This document shows positions 19,136 through 28,442 of a stretch of DNA of 37,383 nt, piece by piece. How positions within the stretch are numbered: position 1 is the first letter of the stretch; each line of letters opens with the position of its first letter. This DNA comes from a virus. Its lineage: Duplodnaviria; Caudoviricetes. The notes beneath the pieces are model-generated. The model was not told the DNA's origin, did no database searches, and worked only from the letters and a program-made list of their open reading frames with translations. The stretch is taken from IMG/VR virus record IMGVR_UViG_3300005573_000180, positions 1 through 37,383 of that record; one strand, 5' to 3'. The position numbers and the translations under genes were made by a program.

Positions 19136-19183
19136 TTCCCTTTCTCCTCGACTTAACCGGCGTCGGAGCCGTAAGATAGATCA

Positions 19184-19492
19184 TCAGTCGCCCGCATAGC
19201 GCCGCACCATCTCCGGCGCATCGCGTTTCAACTCCGCATAGAGCCGTTTGAGCTTGCGCGCCGCCTGTCGCCGCGCCTCGGGGCTCACCTTGAGCTTGCC
19301 CAAGTAGGCCGCCGCCGCCGCCATCGCGTTGGTATTAATCGGCTCACCGGGCGCCTTGCGCACCGGCAGATAGCAGCGCCCCTTGACCTTCGGCCTCCCC
19401 GGCTCGTTCAAATCCAACAGACAGACCTCACAGAAATCGTTCGCGTCCAAATCCGCCTCTGGACTCGTCCAGGGTGCATCCGTGAATGGCAT
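19184..19492 (-). CDS. Hypothetical head-module protein
   Basis: 102 aa ORF with AGGAGG RBS; helical C-terminus AARKLKRLYAEL. Confidence 0.6.
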   Translation of the reverse strand: MPFTDAPWTSPEADLDANDFCEVCLLDLNEPGRPKVKGRCYLPVRKAPGEPINTNAMAAAAAYLGKLKVSPEARRQAARKLKRLYAELKRDAPEMVRRYAGD

Positions 19493-19519
19493 ATGAAACC
19501 TCCTGTCCCTAATGTTTCC

Positions 19520-20698
19520 CTACGCCGCCTCCGCATAGTACGCTCGCGCCTCGTCGCCCAGGATATCCCTCAGGCTGCGCCGGCTGATCTCCGTGCCAAA
19601 CGTGTCCGTATGGCGCTCGCCCAAGAGATCGCTCAGCGTGACCTTCCCGTCCTTGTAGGCGCGAAAGACCGCCGGACCCAGGATGTTCTCCTTCGTCTCA
19701 TCGGGTAACCCCTCGAACCAGGTGGCCCCGTCCGTCTCCACGAGCTCGTACTCGCCCTCCTCGTTTTGCACCCGGCGCAACGGCGGCCCCTCGCGGTCAT
19801 AGATCGTCACCGGCACAGCCTGGCAGCGCCCGTTGGGGTGATCCACGAGCTCTTCCTCTAGCGGATGGATGCTCCCATCCGCCGCGATGCATGCCGCACA
19901 CGTGTTCGGCCCCAACGCCGCCGACCAGCGCCATCCGCGTATCACGTCGTCGTTCGCCCGATAGCTCTCCAACGTCGCCCGGCGATAGGCGCGCAACATC
20001 TCCGTCCGAGCGATCCGTATGGCCCGCTCCAGGCCAACCCCCAGCGCATCGGCCATCCTGCGCCCCACCAGGACGGGGTTCATCCCCATCCCCAACCCGC
20101 GCACCAGCTCGCGCTCCATGCGCTCGATGACCTCGGCGGTCAGCGCCGGCACCCCCACGTGGCCCACCAGGAAATAGTCGCGCAAAGGCGAGCCATCGGA
20201 CAGCGCGCCGACCAGGTTGTCTAACGCTCCCTCTGGCAGGCGATGGAAGAGTTTGCGGATATCATCTAGCGTCATATCCGCCGGCAGCTTGCCCCACCCT
20301 GAACGGTTCGGCCGGCGCACTAGGTTCTCGGCGATGGCCGCGACGTAGATGTCCTCCGTATCGCGCAACGCCTGCTGGATGGCCAGCCGCTGGAGCGCCT
20401 CGGTCTGCGAGGAGGCGTACAGGCTGAAATCGGCCAAGCGGCGCGTGGTGTCCTCCATCAGGTTGCGGTAATAGTCCAGCCGCCTGAGGCGATCCACGCT
20501 GAATGGTTCTCCAGCCTCTATCGCTGCCCGCACGCGGGCCGCCAGGAGGTTGAATTGCTCCAGGCTCGCCTCGAAGACCTGGGCATAGCCGGCGATAAGC
20601 CGCTCCATCGCCGGAGCGCTGGCCGCGTCCAGCTCCGCCGCGTGGCGATCCAGCCAGATATAGAGCGTTCCCCTACGCCACTCCCTCGGCCCCGCCAC
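19520..20698 (-). CDS. Minor head morphogenesis protein (SPP1 gp7 / Mu gpF-like)
   Basis: RAIRIARTE, W..ALGPNTCAACIAADG and HPNGRC motifs. Confidence 0.9.
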   Translation of the reverse strand: MAGPREWRRGTLYIWLDRHAAELDAASAPAMERLIAGYAQVFEASLEQFNLLAARVRAAIEAGEPFSVDRLRRLDYYRNLMEDTTRRLADFSLYASSQTEALQRLAIQQALRDTEDIYVAAIAENLVRRPNRSGWGKLPADMTLDDIRKLFHRLPEGALDNLVGALSDGSPLRDYFLVGHVGVPALTAEVIERMERELVRGLGMGMNPVLVGRRMADALGVGLERAIRIARTEMLRAYRRATLESYRANDDVIRGWRWSAALGPNTCAACIAADGSIHPLEEELVDHPNGRCQAVPVTIYDREGPPLRRVQNEEGEYELVETDGATWFEGLPDETKENILGPAVFRAYKDGKVTLSDLLGERHTDTFGTEISRRSLRDILGDEARAYYAEAA

Positions 20699-22130
20699 CG
20701 CGTCCCTCCACCTTCTGGCCCCGGCCGGCCAAGAATTGCTGCAATAGGCTCGTGCCCACCTTACCCTCTGTCTCCCGGCTGGCCTCGAACATCTCTATCG
20801 TCGCCTGGTCATAGCCCATCTCGGCCCAGAGCTGCTTCTCTGGCACGCCCATCTGCAGCTTCTGTAAGAGCGCTTGCATCAGCGCGGCCTCGTCCTTGAC
20901 CGTCACCTCGGCCCACTGCGTTTGCACGCGCCCACCTGGGACTGCCTCGCCGGGGCGATACATATTCCACAGTTTGGCGCTCAGATAGAGCACGTCCTCC
21001 CAGGCGTTGCCGAAGACCTTCTGCTTGCGCATGTACTTGGCCACCAGGCCCATCTCCTGCATGCGGAGCGATTCCCCGCTGGGCTGGTCCGCGCCCATCG
21101 CTTGGAAGAGATACTGCGGCGTGCGCGTGATCCCCGCTCCGACCATGATCCAGTAGCGCGCCACGGCGATCAGCTGCGAGAGGTCCACCGGGTCGATGGC
21201 CCCGATGCGCGCGGCGGCGTCCGTGAAGCGCAGCACCTTCCCTGGGCCGAGCGTCAGCGGCTCCTCTTCCCCCGTGCCCTTGTTCACCTTCGGGGGCACG
21301 CCGGTCACGTAGAGAATGCGAAAGCCAGCCGAATCCGTTGCCGCGATCAGGTCCAGGTCGGCCTTGTTCAGCATGTCCTGGATCGGCATCAGGTCCTGTA
21401 TTTCCGAGCCGCCGGGATTCTCGAAGGCGACCAGCGGGAAACCGAGCGGCTCGCCGCGGGCGTCCGTCCAGGGGATAGGCCAACCCGCATCCCCTTCATC
21501 CTGGAACTCCTCCCACATCGTTCCCCCAATGCCCGAGTTGGATGTGCGCGTGGTGATGTACTTCTCGATGCGGTCGGGGAAGTAGAGGTTCATGCGCGTT
21601 CGGCCATTTAACTCTTTGTTGAGCGGGTTGTAGATAACCCAGCGCTTCACGTAGAACGCCACCGCGCCCGTGCCTGAGTCCAGGCAGGGATAGATTCCCT
21701 GCGTGCCATCCCAGGCGTAGTGCACCGTCCAACGCGGATGGTCGCCGTCCCAGTCCACCATGACGTAGGCCACGCTATCGCGCGCTGCCGCGCGATAGAT
21801 GACATCCTGGGTAGCGTCCATCCTGTTCGCGTCCCACCACGCCTTGCCCATGTCCGCTAGCGCCTGCGCGCCCTCATCCAACGGCGCGAAACCCTGTAGC
21901 TGGAGGCGCTCTACGGCCATGTCGATTACCAGGCCACAGATGTTGTGGCGGTACTTTTCCCCTCGGCGCAACCCCAGGAACTCCTCCTGGCGGTCGGTCA
22001 GGTAGGTGGGATGATCCCCGGCGGCGTAATCGCGCCATAGGCGCACGCGTTCGGCCTCCTCATCCTTCGCCGAGGCCGCCCACCGCAGATAGGCGATCCG
22101 CGCTTCCGTCGCATAATCCGTCATCGCCAT
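20673..22130 (-). CDS. Portal protein (SPP1 gp6-like)
   Basis: 485 aa after terminase; WWDANRMD and PSGESLR motifs. Confidence 0.88.
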   Translation of the reverse strand: MAMTDYATEARIAYLRWAASAKDEEAERVRLWRDYAAGDHPTYLTDRQEEFLGLRRGEKYRHNICGLVIDMAVERLQLQGFAPLDEGAQALADMGKAWWDANRMDATQDVIYRAAARDSVAYVMVDWDGDHPRWTVHYAWDGTQGIYPCLDSGTGAVAFYVKRWVIYNPLNKELNGRTRMNLYFPDRIEKYITTRTSNSGIGGTMWEEFQDEGDAGWPIPWTDARGEPLGFPLVAFENPGGSEIQDLMPIQDMLNKADLDLIAATDSAGFRILYVTGVPPKVNKGTGEEEPLTLGPGKVLRFTDAAARIGAIDPVDLSQLIAVARYWIMVGAGITRTPQYLFQAMGADQPSGESLRMQEMGLVAKYMRKQKVFGNAWEDVLYLSAKLWNMYRPGEAVPGGRVQTQWAEVTVKDEAALMQALLQKLQMGVPEKQLWAEMGYDQATIEMFEASRETEGKVGTSLLQQFLAGRGQKVEGRGGGAEGVA

Positions 22131-22132
22131 AG

Positions 22133-23335
22133 TCAGTACTCCATGATGCTGTAGGGCAACTCGTGCATGCCGGCGGTAGCCAGCGCGTAGCGCAAGGCGT
22201 CCATCGCGTGGTCGTTCTGCTTCTCCGGCTTATCCAGGGCCACGCCGTTTTTGTCCTTCGCCCAGACGTAGGATTCGAACTCGGCGATGGTGTTCGCGCA
22301 CGACGGCTCCACCGTCAGCCTCGGCCGGCCATCTCCGGCTATGGCCAGCTGTGCCTTGACCAGCTGGATGCCGTCGTTCACGTCGTGCATGGCCGGATAG
22401 ACGTTCAATTGAGCCGCTTGCATCTCGGCGATCAACCCCGCCGCCGACGGGTCCACATAGACCGCTTCCACGCCGTAGCGCCGGGCCATATCCCGCACCG
22501 CGTCCACAAACGTCGTCTGGATCACCCGACGCTGATAGAATTCCTCTATCACATGTGCCCGGTCGTCAGCGTCTATGCCGATAACCAGGGCTACCGCCGG
22601 GTTGGTGTAGCCCTCGTCACAGCCGATGACGAACCGCCGGAACTCGCTGACATGCCGATGGCCGACGTGGACGTCACGGCTAAACTCCTCATAAACCAAT
22701 CCCTCGAAGGCCACGAACTCGGCATCCAGCTCCTGGCGGGCGAAGGGGCCGGTGTAAATGCGCCGCAGGCTCTCCTTGAACTCCGGCGCCAGGTAGGGAT
22801 TCTCCTCCGTCCTGGCGCGGAAAACCCTCAGCGTCCCATCTTGTACGCGCTCGTAAACCCAATTGCGGCCCTTGGGCGTGGTGGTGAGCCAGACGGGGCC
22901 CGCCGTGCCCTCCGCGCGCACGCGGCCAATGACGATGTCGAAGGTGCTAGGCGCACAGAGCGCGGCCTCGTCGATGTGCGCCCAGTGGACGTTGGGCCCG
23001 CGCAAATGCTCCGGATCGTCGGCGCTGCGAAAGAGGATTTCGGCACGCCCCACCCTGGCAATGAAATCGGACTTGCTGAATTGACTGTCAGCGATGCGGA
23101 AAACCTCGCGGTAGGTGCGCAATATTGCATCGGCTAGCATGCGGTACGTTGGCGCAACCACCATACCGATGCTCGGCTTCGGCCCCCACTCGGCCAACCA
23201 CTTCATGGCCTTGATTGCGCCTCCGCGCGTCTTGCCCGCGCCGATGCCGCCGATGAACGCCGAGAAGCGGCTCGTGTCATAGACGAACTGCGCCTGCACC
23301 GGTCCCCAAGGCTCAACCCTAACGATTGTCGCCAT
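22133..23335 (-). CDS. terL: Terminase large subunit
   Basis: Walker A GGIGAGKT, Walker B AHIDEA, TTTPKG coupling motif, nuclease DEGYTNP and DHAMDALRY. Confidence 0.96.
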   Translation of the reverse strand: MATIVRVEPWGPVQAQFVYDTSRFSAFIGGIGAGKTRGGAIKAMKWLAEWGPKPSIGMVVAPTYRMLADAILRTYREVFRIADSQFSKSDFIARVGRAEILFRSADDPEHLRGPNVHWAHIDEAALCAPSTFDIVIGRVRAEGTAGPVWLTTTPKGRNWVYERVQDGTLRVFRARTEENPYLAPEFKESLRRIYTGPFARQELDAEFVAFEGLVYEEFSRDVHVGHRHVSEFRRFVIGCDEGYTNPAVALVIGIDADDRAHVIEEFYQRRVIQTTFVDAVRDMARRYGVEAVYVDPSAAGLIAEMQAAQLNVYPAMHDVNDGIQLVKAQLAIAGDGRPRLTVEPSCANTIAEFESYVWAKDKNGVALDKPEKQNDHAMDALRYALATAGMHELPYSIMEY

Positions 23336-23678
23336 CTGTGCCCTTCGGATAGACTACCTGGAAAACGATAGGCTCTCCACCAGCACCCGTAATCTCTTGC
23401 CGCTCGGTATAGCCGCGGTGCTTGCCCTTGGTGCTCAGGTAGTATCTGAGCATCTGCGGATCACCTTCGCTAATCAGCTCGATGACCTTCGTCTCGGCCA
23501 TGTCCAGCACGCGCTCACACTCATCTCGGTAGGCCTGTTGAACCCTGGGATATCTCTTGATGTATTTGTCGGCCGTATGCCAGGAACAGCCCACCCGTTT
23601 GGCGATGGCAGTGATGATGCCGCCAGTGCCAGGGATAGCATCTAGGAACATTTTCACCGAAATCCTACGCCGACCCAT
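23319..23678 (-). CDS. Putative terminase small subunit
   Basis: N-terminal HTH; C-terminal KGKHRGYTERQEITGAGGEPI; directly upstream of terL. Confidence 0.75.
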   Translation of the reverse strand: MGRRRISVKMFLDAIPGTGGIITAIAKRVGCSWHTADKYIKRYPRVQQAYRDECERVLDMAETKVIELISEGDPQMLRYYLSTKGKHRGYTERQEITGAGGEPIVFQVVYPKGTDGDNR

Positions 23679-23695
23679 TCGTCAATTCTCGCACA

Positions 23696-24952
23696 CTAGA
23701 CACGCGGCGATGGCCTTACGCCCATCTCCCCAGGCCACGGATCACTTACTAACCTTGGGGTAAGGCCCATATTGGCCATCCTTTCCAAACAGACTGCCAC
23801 ATACTTAGGCTCGATCTCCATACCAAAACAGCGGCGACCCAGTTGCTCAGCGGCGACCATCGTAGTGCCGGATCCGATGAAAGGATCGTAGACGTCACCC
23901 TCATGGTTTCTGATAGGGCGTGCCATGCACTCGACGGGCTTCTGTGTGCTGTGGCCACCATCGACATTTTTATCGAGTGCGATTTTCCATACCGAGGGCT
24001 GCATATGGCCGCCAATCCAATGAGCCGCGGCGCCTTTTCTGACCGCATACCAGACAGGCTCGTGCTGATAGCAATAGTGTCCACGCCCAATCGGAATGTG
24101 AGGCTTGACCCAAATGAGCATAGCGCGTATCTGATAACCTGCAGCCTGCAGCGCGGCCCCCGTAATGATCACATGGTCGCCTGGAGGCGACCATGTATAA
24201 ACCACATCACCGGGGAAAAGGCGCCAGGCGTCTGACCAGTCCGCGCGGTCGTCATTCGCCACCTTTCCTACGCGGGACGCCGCGTAGGAAAGTAAGCCCT
24301 CCTCAGCCGCCTCATTGCGCCAACTAGGATCATAGTTCACACCATAGGGTGGATCAGTCACCATCAGCAATGGGCGTTCCCCGTCCGACAACCTCGCCAC
24401 GTCCTCCGCATTTGTGCTGTCCCCGCACAGCAGCCGGTGTTTGCCGATCTCCCACAACTGGCCTCTGGCAGTTTGCCACTTTTTCTGTAACTCCACCGCT
24501 CTGTCTATCTGCGCTTCCGGCGCTTTCTTCTCATGTTCCAGGCCCGCCAGAAGCTCACGCAGTTCTTCCTCTCTGAATATTGCCCCAAAATCCAGCCCAA
24601 ACTCCAAGTCTGCCGCAATCTGCTCAACATCCCATTCCGCCAATTCCGCCGTGCGGTTGTCGTAGTAGGCCAGCTTGCGCTTTTGTTCCTCGGTAAGTCC
24701 ACGCCGCCGGACGGCGATCAGCTCGTTGCCATCAGCCTCCACAACGCGCACGCGCTCTATCCCCGCCTGGGCCGCTGCCTCCACGACGCCGTTCCCAGCA
24801 AGGATGGTATCATGCTCATCAATGACGATAGAGCGCGCCGCCCCCACTTCATTGAGACTGCGCTCAATCATGCCGATGTTTCGCGCGTTATGCTTGCGCG
24901 GGTTGCGCTCATCTGGCTTCAGTTCGCCGATGTGTTTAACGTCCTCTCCCAT
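23696..24952 (-). CDS. ParB-N domain fused to amino (N6-A/N4-C) DNA methyltransferase
   Basis: N-terminal NPRKH...ILAGNG...DNRTAE. Then HRLLCGDS, TDPPY, HSTQKP and DPFIGSGTT (motif IV before motif I). Confidence 0.93.
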   Translation of the reverse strand: MGEDVKHIGELKPDERNPRKHNARNIGMIERSLNEVGAARSIVIDEHDTILAGNGVVEAAAQAGIERVRVVEADGNELIAVRRRGLTEEQKRKLAYYDNRTAELAEWDVEQIAADLEFGLDFGAIFREEELRELLAGLEHEKKAPEAQIDRAVELQKKWQTARGQLWEIGKHRLLCGDSTNAEDVARLSDGERPLLMVTDPPYGVNYDPSWRNEAAEEGLLSYAASRVGKVANDDRADWSDAWRLFPGDVVYTWSPPGDHVIITGAALQAAGYQIRAMLIWVKPHIPIGRGHYCYQHEPVWYAVRKGAAAHWIGGHMQPSVWKIALDKNVDGGHSTQKPVECMARPIRNHEGDVYDPFIGSGTTMVAAEQLGRRCFGMEIEPKYVAVCLERMANMGLTPRLVSDPWPGEMGVRPSPRV

Positions 24953-25216
24953 TCATTCCTGCTCGCCGTAAAACAATCGCTCTATCTCCTGGCGTTCCCT
25001 TGGCCCCAGGAGCGACACGGGGATCACCTCAACCGTCCTATCGCGTTCCCGCCTTCGGCGTTGCTCCTTTTCCTTTAGGTGTTTCACCCATTCGGGCCAT
25101 TGAGAATACAGATCACCCAACCCATATCCCCGCTGACAGGCCTCACAGACCCAGAAGCTTTCCGAGATTGGCTTGCCGCAGATCGCGCACTCCGCCCACG
25201 CTCGTCTCGTCAACAT
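24953..25216 (-). CDS. Small zinc-finger protein
   Basis: CAIC...CEAC pairs. Confidence 0.6.
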   Translation of the reverse strand: MLTRRAWAECAICGKPISESFWVCEACQRGYGLGDLYSQWPEWVKHLKEKEQRRRRERDRTVEVIPVSLLGPRERQEIERLFYGEQE

Positions 25217-25235
25217 GTGCTATTCCCCTCACTAG

Positions 25236-25472
25236 CTACAACTCAAAATCGCGGGAAAATATACCCTTTAGCCGTTCCAGGGCACGCCATAGAAGCATAT
25301 GGACATTCTTTTGTGCAATTCCCATCCTCTGGCCAATCTCCTCTTGGGTGTAGCCTTGCAGCCAGAGGGATAGGGCCAGGCGCTGCTTCGGCGTGAGCCG
25401 CGCGATGGCCCGCTCTAAGTCGATCCTTAACTCGCACATCTCTATTCCCCCATCCCAACTCTCCTGAAACAC
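25236..25472 (-). CDS. Sigma-70 region 4-type HTH protein (candidate late-gene regulator)
   Basis: AIARLTPKQR...GYTQEEIGQRMGIAQKNV...RALERLK; AGGAGG RBS before GTG. Confidence 0.8.
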   Translation of the reverse strand: MFQESWDGGIEMCELRIDLERAIARLTPKQRLALSLWLQGYTQEEIGQRMGIAQKNVHMLLWRALERLKGIFSRDFEL

Positions 25473-25492
25473 GTTCGCCTCCTTTGGAAAAT

Positions 25493-25531
25493 AAAAAAGG
25501 CCAACGTCCCCCTCACGGGGTTTGTTGGCCT
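25493..25531 (-). terminator. Intrinsic terminator-like hairpin
   Basis: Minus strand AGGCCAAC..CCCC GTGA GGGG..GTTGGCCT followed by TTTTT. Confidence 0.7.
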
Positions 25532-25622
25532 ATAGGTATCCTATTCAGCCCAAGCTATATCGTTTTCGTCGCCAAAGGAGGCGCGCGGCTACGCCCTCTC
25601 ATTCGCGCTCCTCTGTGCTGAT

Positions 25623-25946
25623 TCAGACCTTCATGGTATACTCTATGTTGCGGTATGTCGCATGTCCCCGCTCGACGCACACCCTGAGCTTTCCCCAACC
25701 GTCCGGGGCAAAGTATCTCTCCACTGCGCTGAGGCAGTCCCCATCCTTCACGAAGGAATCGGGGGAACGCAAGCCGCCTCGCTCGATGTGGCAACAGCTC
25801 ACCTTGCCCGCCTGGACGGTGAAGATGACGAGACCGTCCGCCCCAGGCCCCACGAGGCGCTCCGCCCCCTCGTAGATGGCCAAGGCGTCCGGATCGTCAT
25901 CATCCTCTGGGACGCGCCGCGCATAGGGGATCCCCCCTATCCACAT
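25623..25946 (-). CDS. Hypothetical protein
   Basis: 107 aa ORF in operon orientation. Confidence 0.55.
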   Translation of the reverse strand: MWIGGIPYARRVPEDDDDPDALAIYEGAERLVGPGADGLVIFTVQAGKVSCCHIERGGLRSPDSFVKDGDCLSAVERYFAPDGWGKLRVCVERGHATYRNIEYTMKV

Positions 25947-25965
25947 ATTCTTTTTCCCCCGAAGC

Positions 25966-26058
25966 CTAATATCTGCGCACTAAAAGCCTGGCAAGTATGA
26001 CAATCATCACGCCCAAAAGCACCGCAGCCACGTGAGGCAGTAATTCCGTAGCACTCAT
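25966..26058 (-). CDS. 30-aa single-pass membrane peptide (not in ORF track)
   Basis: Hand translation MSATELLPHVAAVLLGVMIVILARLLVRRY; GGGAGAG RBS. Confidence 0.4.
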   Translation of the reverse strand: MSATELLPHVAAVLLGVMIVILARLLVRRY

Positions 26059-26127
26059 ACTCTCCCTTTCTCTCCTTTCATCTTTTTATGCACAAACTCT
26101 TCATGCTAAACGAGGTTGTAGCTGTCA

Positions 26128-26451
26128 TCAGAATTGTCGCAATATGGCCTCGATCACCTCCAACGCTCGCCCATCCTCGATCATGTGGGCGGTAACGAAA
26201 AGGACCCTCCAGCCCGCCAGCACCGTCGCATTGTGTTTCTCGATGTCGCGGCCGATGCCCGTGCCTGTCGTGTGAGCCGATTTAATCCACAGGCCGCCCT
26301 GCACCTCTACCAGGAGCTTGCGGTCGGGCCAGGCGAAATCCCAGCGCCAGCGCCTGCCGGGGATGGCGCGGTATTGCAAAACTGGCTCCGGCAGCCCCGC
26401 CGCGCGCAATTGGAAAAGGAGCGCCGCCTCCAGCTCGCTCTGCGTCTTCAT
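26128..26451 (-). CDS. PD-(D/E)xK-type endonuclease (DUF559/Vsr-like)
   Basis: Start ATG 26451; RRWRWDFAWPDRKLLVEVQGG...KHNATVLAGWRVL. Confidence 0.8.
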   Translation of the reverse strand: MKTQSELEAALLFQLRAAGLPEPVLQYRAIPGRRWRWDFAWPDRKLLVEVQGGLWIKSAHTTGTGIGRDIEKHNATVLAGWRVLFVTAHMIEDGRALEVIEAILRQF

Positions 26452-27074
26452 AGCTTCAACAGCGCCTCGCGTATCTTCTGCCGCGCGCGTTCCCAATCGG
26501 GCCCGCCGACATTGTCCAACAGTGCCCAGGCCTCGAATTCGGTCAACCGGACCACAACCACCGCCTCCGTGCCGCCCATGGCCTGAAGCTGTAGGCCGTC
26601 GGAATCCGCCCACGTCACAATGCCAAAGCTTATGTCATCTGAATCTCTTACGCGTAAGAGATTCTCTTTCCATAATCGGATATCCTCCGTGCTGACCTCC
26701 TCGCCCCGCGCGAGCCGCTCCCTGGCATACAATAGCAGCGCCTCCCGCTCCCTTTCGGGCTCTTTGGCGATGAACAGGTGCGCGCGCAAGCTCAAACCCT
26801 CCACGCGCTTCTCCGGCGGGATCGCCTTGGCAAGCCATTTGTAGTTCATCAGCGTCTGCACGGCCAGGCCCGTGACCTCCACCGCCTGCGTGTAGGTCTC
26901 GCCATAGGCTCTCTCGCCGTAGTTGAGCAGGTCGCCGATCCACCAGGCCACCGAGCGATGGACCCCCTGGAGCTTCCTTAGCGCCTCGGCCCATTGCTCA
27001 TACGTTGGCTGGCCCTCCACGATGCAGGCCGTCGGCGTCAAGACGAACGGCTTACTGACCAGTTCCACCATCAC
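26448..27074 (-). CDS. LmbU-like DNA-binding protein
   Basis: WWIGDLLNYGERAYGETYTQA...QTLMNYKWLAK...LSLRAH motif. Confidence 0.7.
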   Translation of the reverse strand: MMVELVSKPFVLTPTACIVEGQPTYEQWAEALRKLQGVHRSVAWWIGDLLNYGERAYGETYTQAVEVTGLAVQTLMNYKWLAKAIPPEKRVEGLSLRAHLFIAKEPEREREALLLYARERLARGEEVSTEDIRLWKENLLRVRDSDDISFGIVTWADSDGLQLQAMGGTEAVVVVRLTEFEAWALLDNVGGPDWERARQKIREALLKL

Positions 27075-27532
27075 AGCCTGTCCCTCCTAATGGGTATGGC
27101 TCCGGGTGCATTGTCCGCCGCGTCTTGCTCCTCATCCGGGATCGGCGCGCTTAGCTCCTCCCTTTGCGCGTACAGCTGGCTCAACGACATGACCGGCGCG
27201 TAATATCCCCGCGACACCTCATACCAGATCGGATCCTCACTCGTGGAGACGCAGCGCGCTGCGTCTCGACTCAGCATCCTCTGCTGCCAGTGGCTGCGCG
27301 CGTTGTATTCCGCCATGCGCGCGGAGCACGCCCTGCGCACCTCTGCCGCCGTTGGTCGGAACGTGCACGTCTTGAGCAGGTCCAGCACCGCCGCGCGCAA
27401 AACCTCATCGGGGATGTCCGCTAGCACGTATTGGTACACTTTGAGCGTTAGCTCGCTAACGGGTTCTCTTGGCCACTGGGCACAGAGCAAAGCCAACATC
27501 TCCGCTATCGTCTGCTCGCTCGCCATCGTCAC
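27071..27532 (-). CDS. Helicase loader/inhibitor (SPP1 G39P-like)
   Basis: VYQYVLADIPDEVLRAAV...FRPTAAEVR; directly downstream of initiator. Confidence 0.7.
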   Translation of the reverse strand: MTMASEQTIAEMLALLCAQWPREPVSELTLKVYQYVLADIPDEVLRAAVLDLLKTCTFRPTAAEVRRACSARMAEYNARSHWQQRMLSRDAARCVSTSEDPIWYEVSRGYYAPVMSLSQLYAQREELSAPIPDEEQDAADNAPGAIPIRRDRL

Positions 27533-28442
27533 TCCTTTCCAGGTGGGCTCGGATCACCTGCATACTCCTCTCGTAAACCGTCTCCCCACTTACAGCCCTT
27601 TCGGGGATACCCCTCACATACCACTCCAATAGCCATTTCCAGGACTGGGGATTGTAGCCTCGCGCCAGCCACTCCTTGCGGCAGGCGGCTAATCTGGGGC
27701 CGTCGGGCGTGGGCCCCAGGATGCGAATGATGTCGTCATAGAGCTCTAGCGGCGGATAGCGGCCTCCATTGACTGCCTTGGCACACTGGATAGCTGGCGT
27801 CTTGCTGCGTGGGTCGGCATCGCGCCGTCGCCGCCGTCCAGCCGATGTACCCCGACCTCTCGGTGGATTCACAGAGACGGGGATATCTTCATTTTCCGGC
27901 GGATCGCTGAAAGGCAGGTCATCAGTGGGCAACGCCTCGCGTTCTCCCGAATTAGCGCTAGCTAATTCGGGAGAAATATCTGTAGTAATCTCTGTAGTAA
28001 TCTCTGTATTGTCAGTATGCGGGTTTTCGCAATCTAGTTTGCTAAAATCCGCATACTTGTTTGCTAAAATCAGCATACTTGTTTGTGCCGCATCGCTGGC
28101 ATCAGCGAGAATCATCTGTTGCAACAGCTCTCTAAGCCTGTCAATGGCAATGCGGTAATACAGGCGGCATGGCAACCCCTCGCGCTTCTCCTCAAGCACA
28201 CCCAGTTCTTTCCAAGTGGCACGTGCCTGTTCTTGTTCATGGCGGCTTAGGCACGTTTCCGCCGTCCACTCAGCCTGGCTTTTGAAAATCCAGCCCTCCT
28301 CATCGGCACCCTTACCCGTCCAATAGAGCAGCTGCGATAAAAAGAGCCCGGCGGTGGCGCCACCGCCGAGGCGAGCAAGACAAGGGTGGAAGGCGATAGG
28401 TTTTGCCGAGAGTACAGCGATACCTAGGTCGGCTATGTTCAT
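27456..28442 (-). CDS. Phage replication initiator (lambda O-like, N-terminal wHTH)
   Basis: ATG 28442 with GGAGG RBS. LFLSQLLYW...GWIFKSQAEWTAETCLS; linker TEITTEITT containing DNA iterons. Confidence 0.8.
   Translation of the reverse strand: MNIADLGIAVLSAKPIAFHPCLARLGGGATAGLFLSQLLYWTGKGADEEGWIFKSQAEWTAETCLSRHEQEQARATWKELGVLEEKREGLPCRLYYRIAIDRLRELLQQMILADASDAAQTSMLILANKYADFSKLDCENPHTDNTEITTEITTDISPELASANSGEREALPTDDLPFSDPPENEDIPVSVNPPRGRGTSAGRRRRRDADPRSKTPAIQCAKAVNGGRYPPLELYDDIIRILGPTPDGPRLAACRKEWLARGYNPQSWKWLLEWYVRGIPERAVSGETVYERSMQVIRAHLERSDDGERADDSGDVGFALCPVAKRTR
27942..28084. promoter_or_regulatory. Putative replication origin (iterons + palindrome)
   Basis: 22-bp direct repeats gtttgctaaaatc(c/a)gcatactt at 28037-28058 and 28059-28080, an inverted copy at ~28014-28033, 12-bp tandem tctgtagtaatc, and a perfect 15-bp-arm palindrome at 27942-27975. 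Confidence 0.75.

Noticed and set aside
5344-23137. Long plus-strand ORFs (e.g. 5344-6393, 18203-19156, 22163-23137)
   Set aside because: Antisense shadows of well-supported minus-strand structural genes in GC-rich DNA, with no recognisable motifs.
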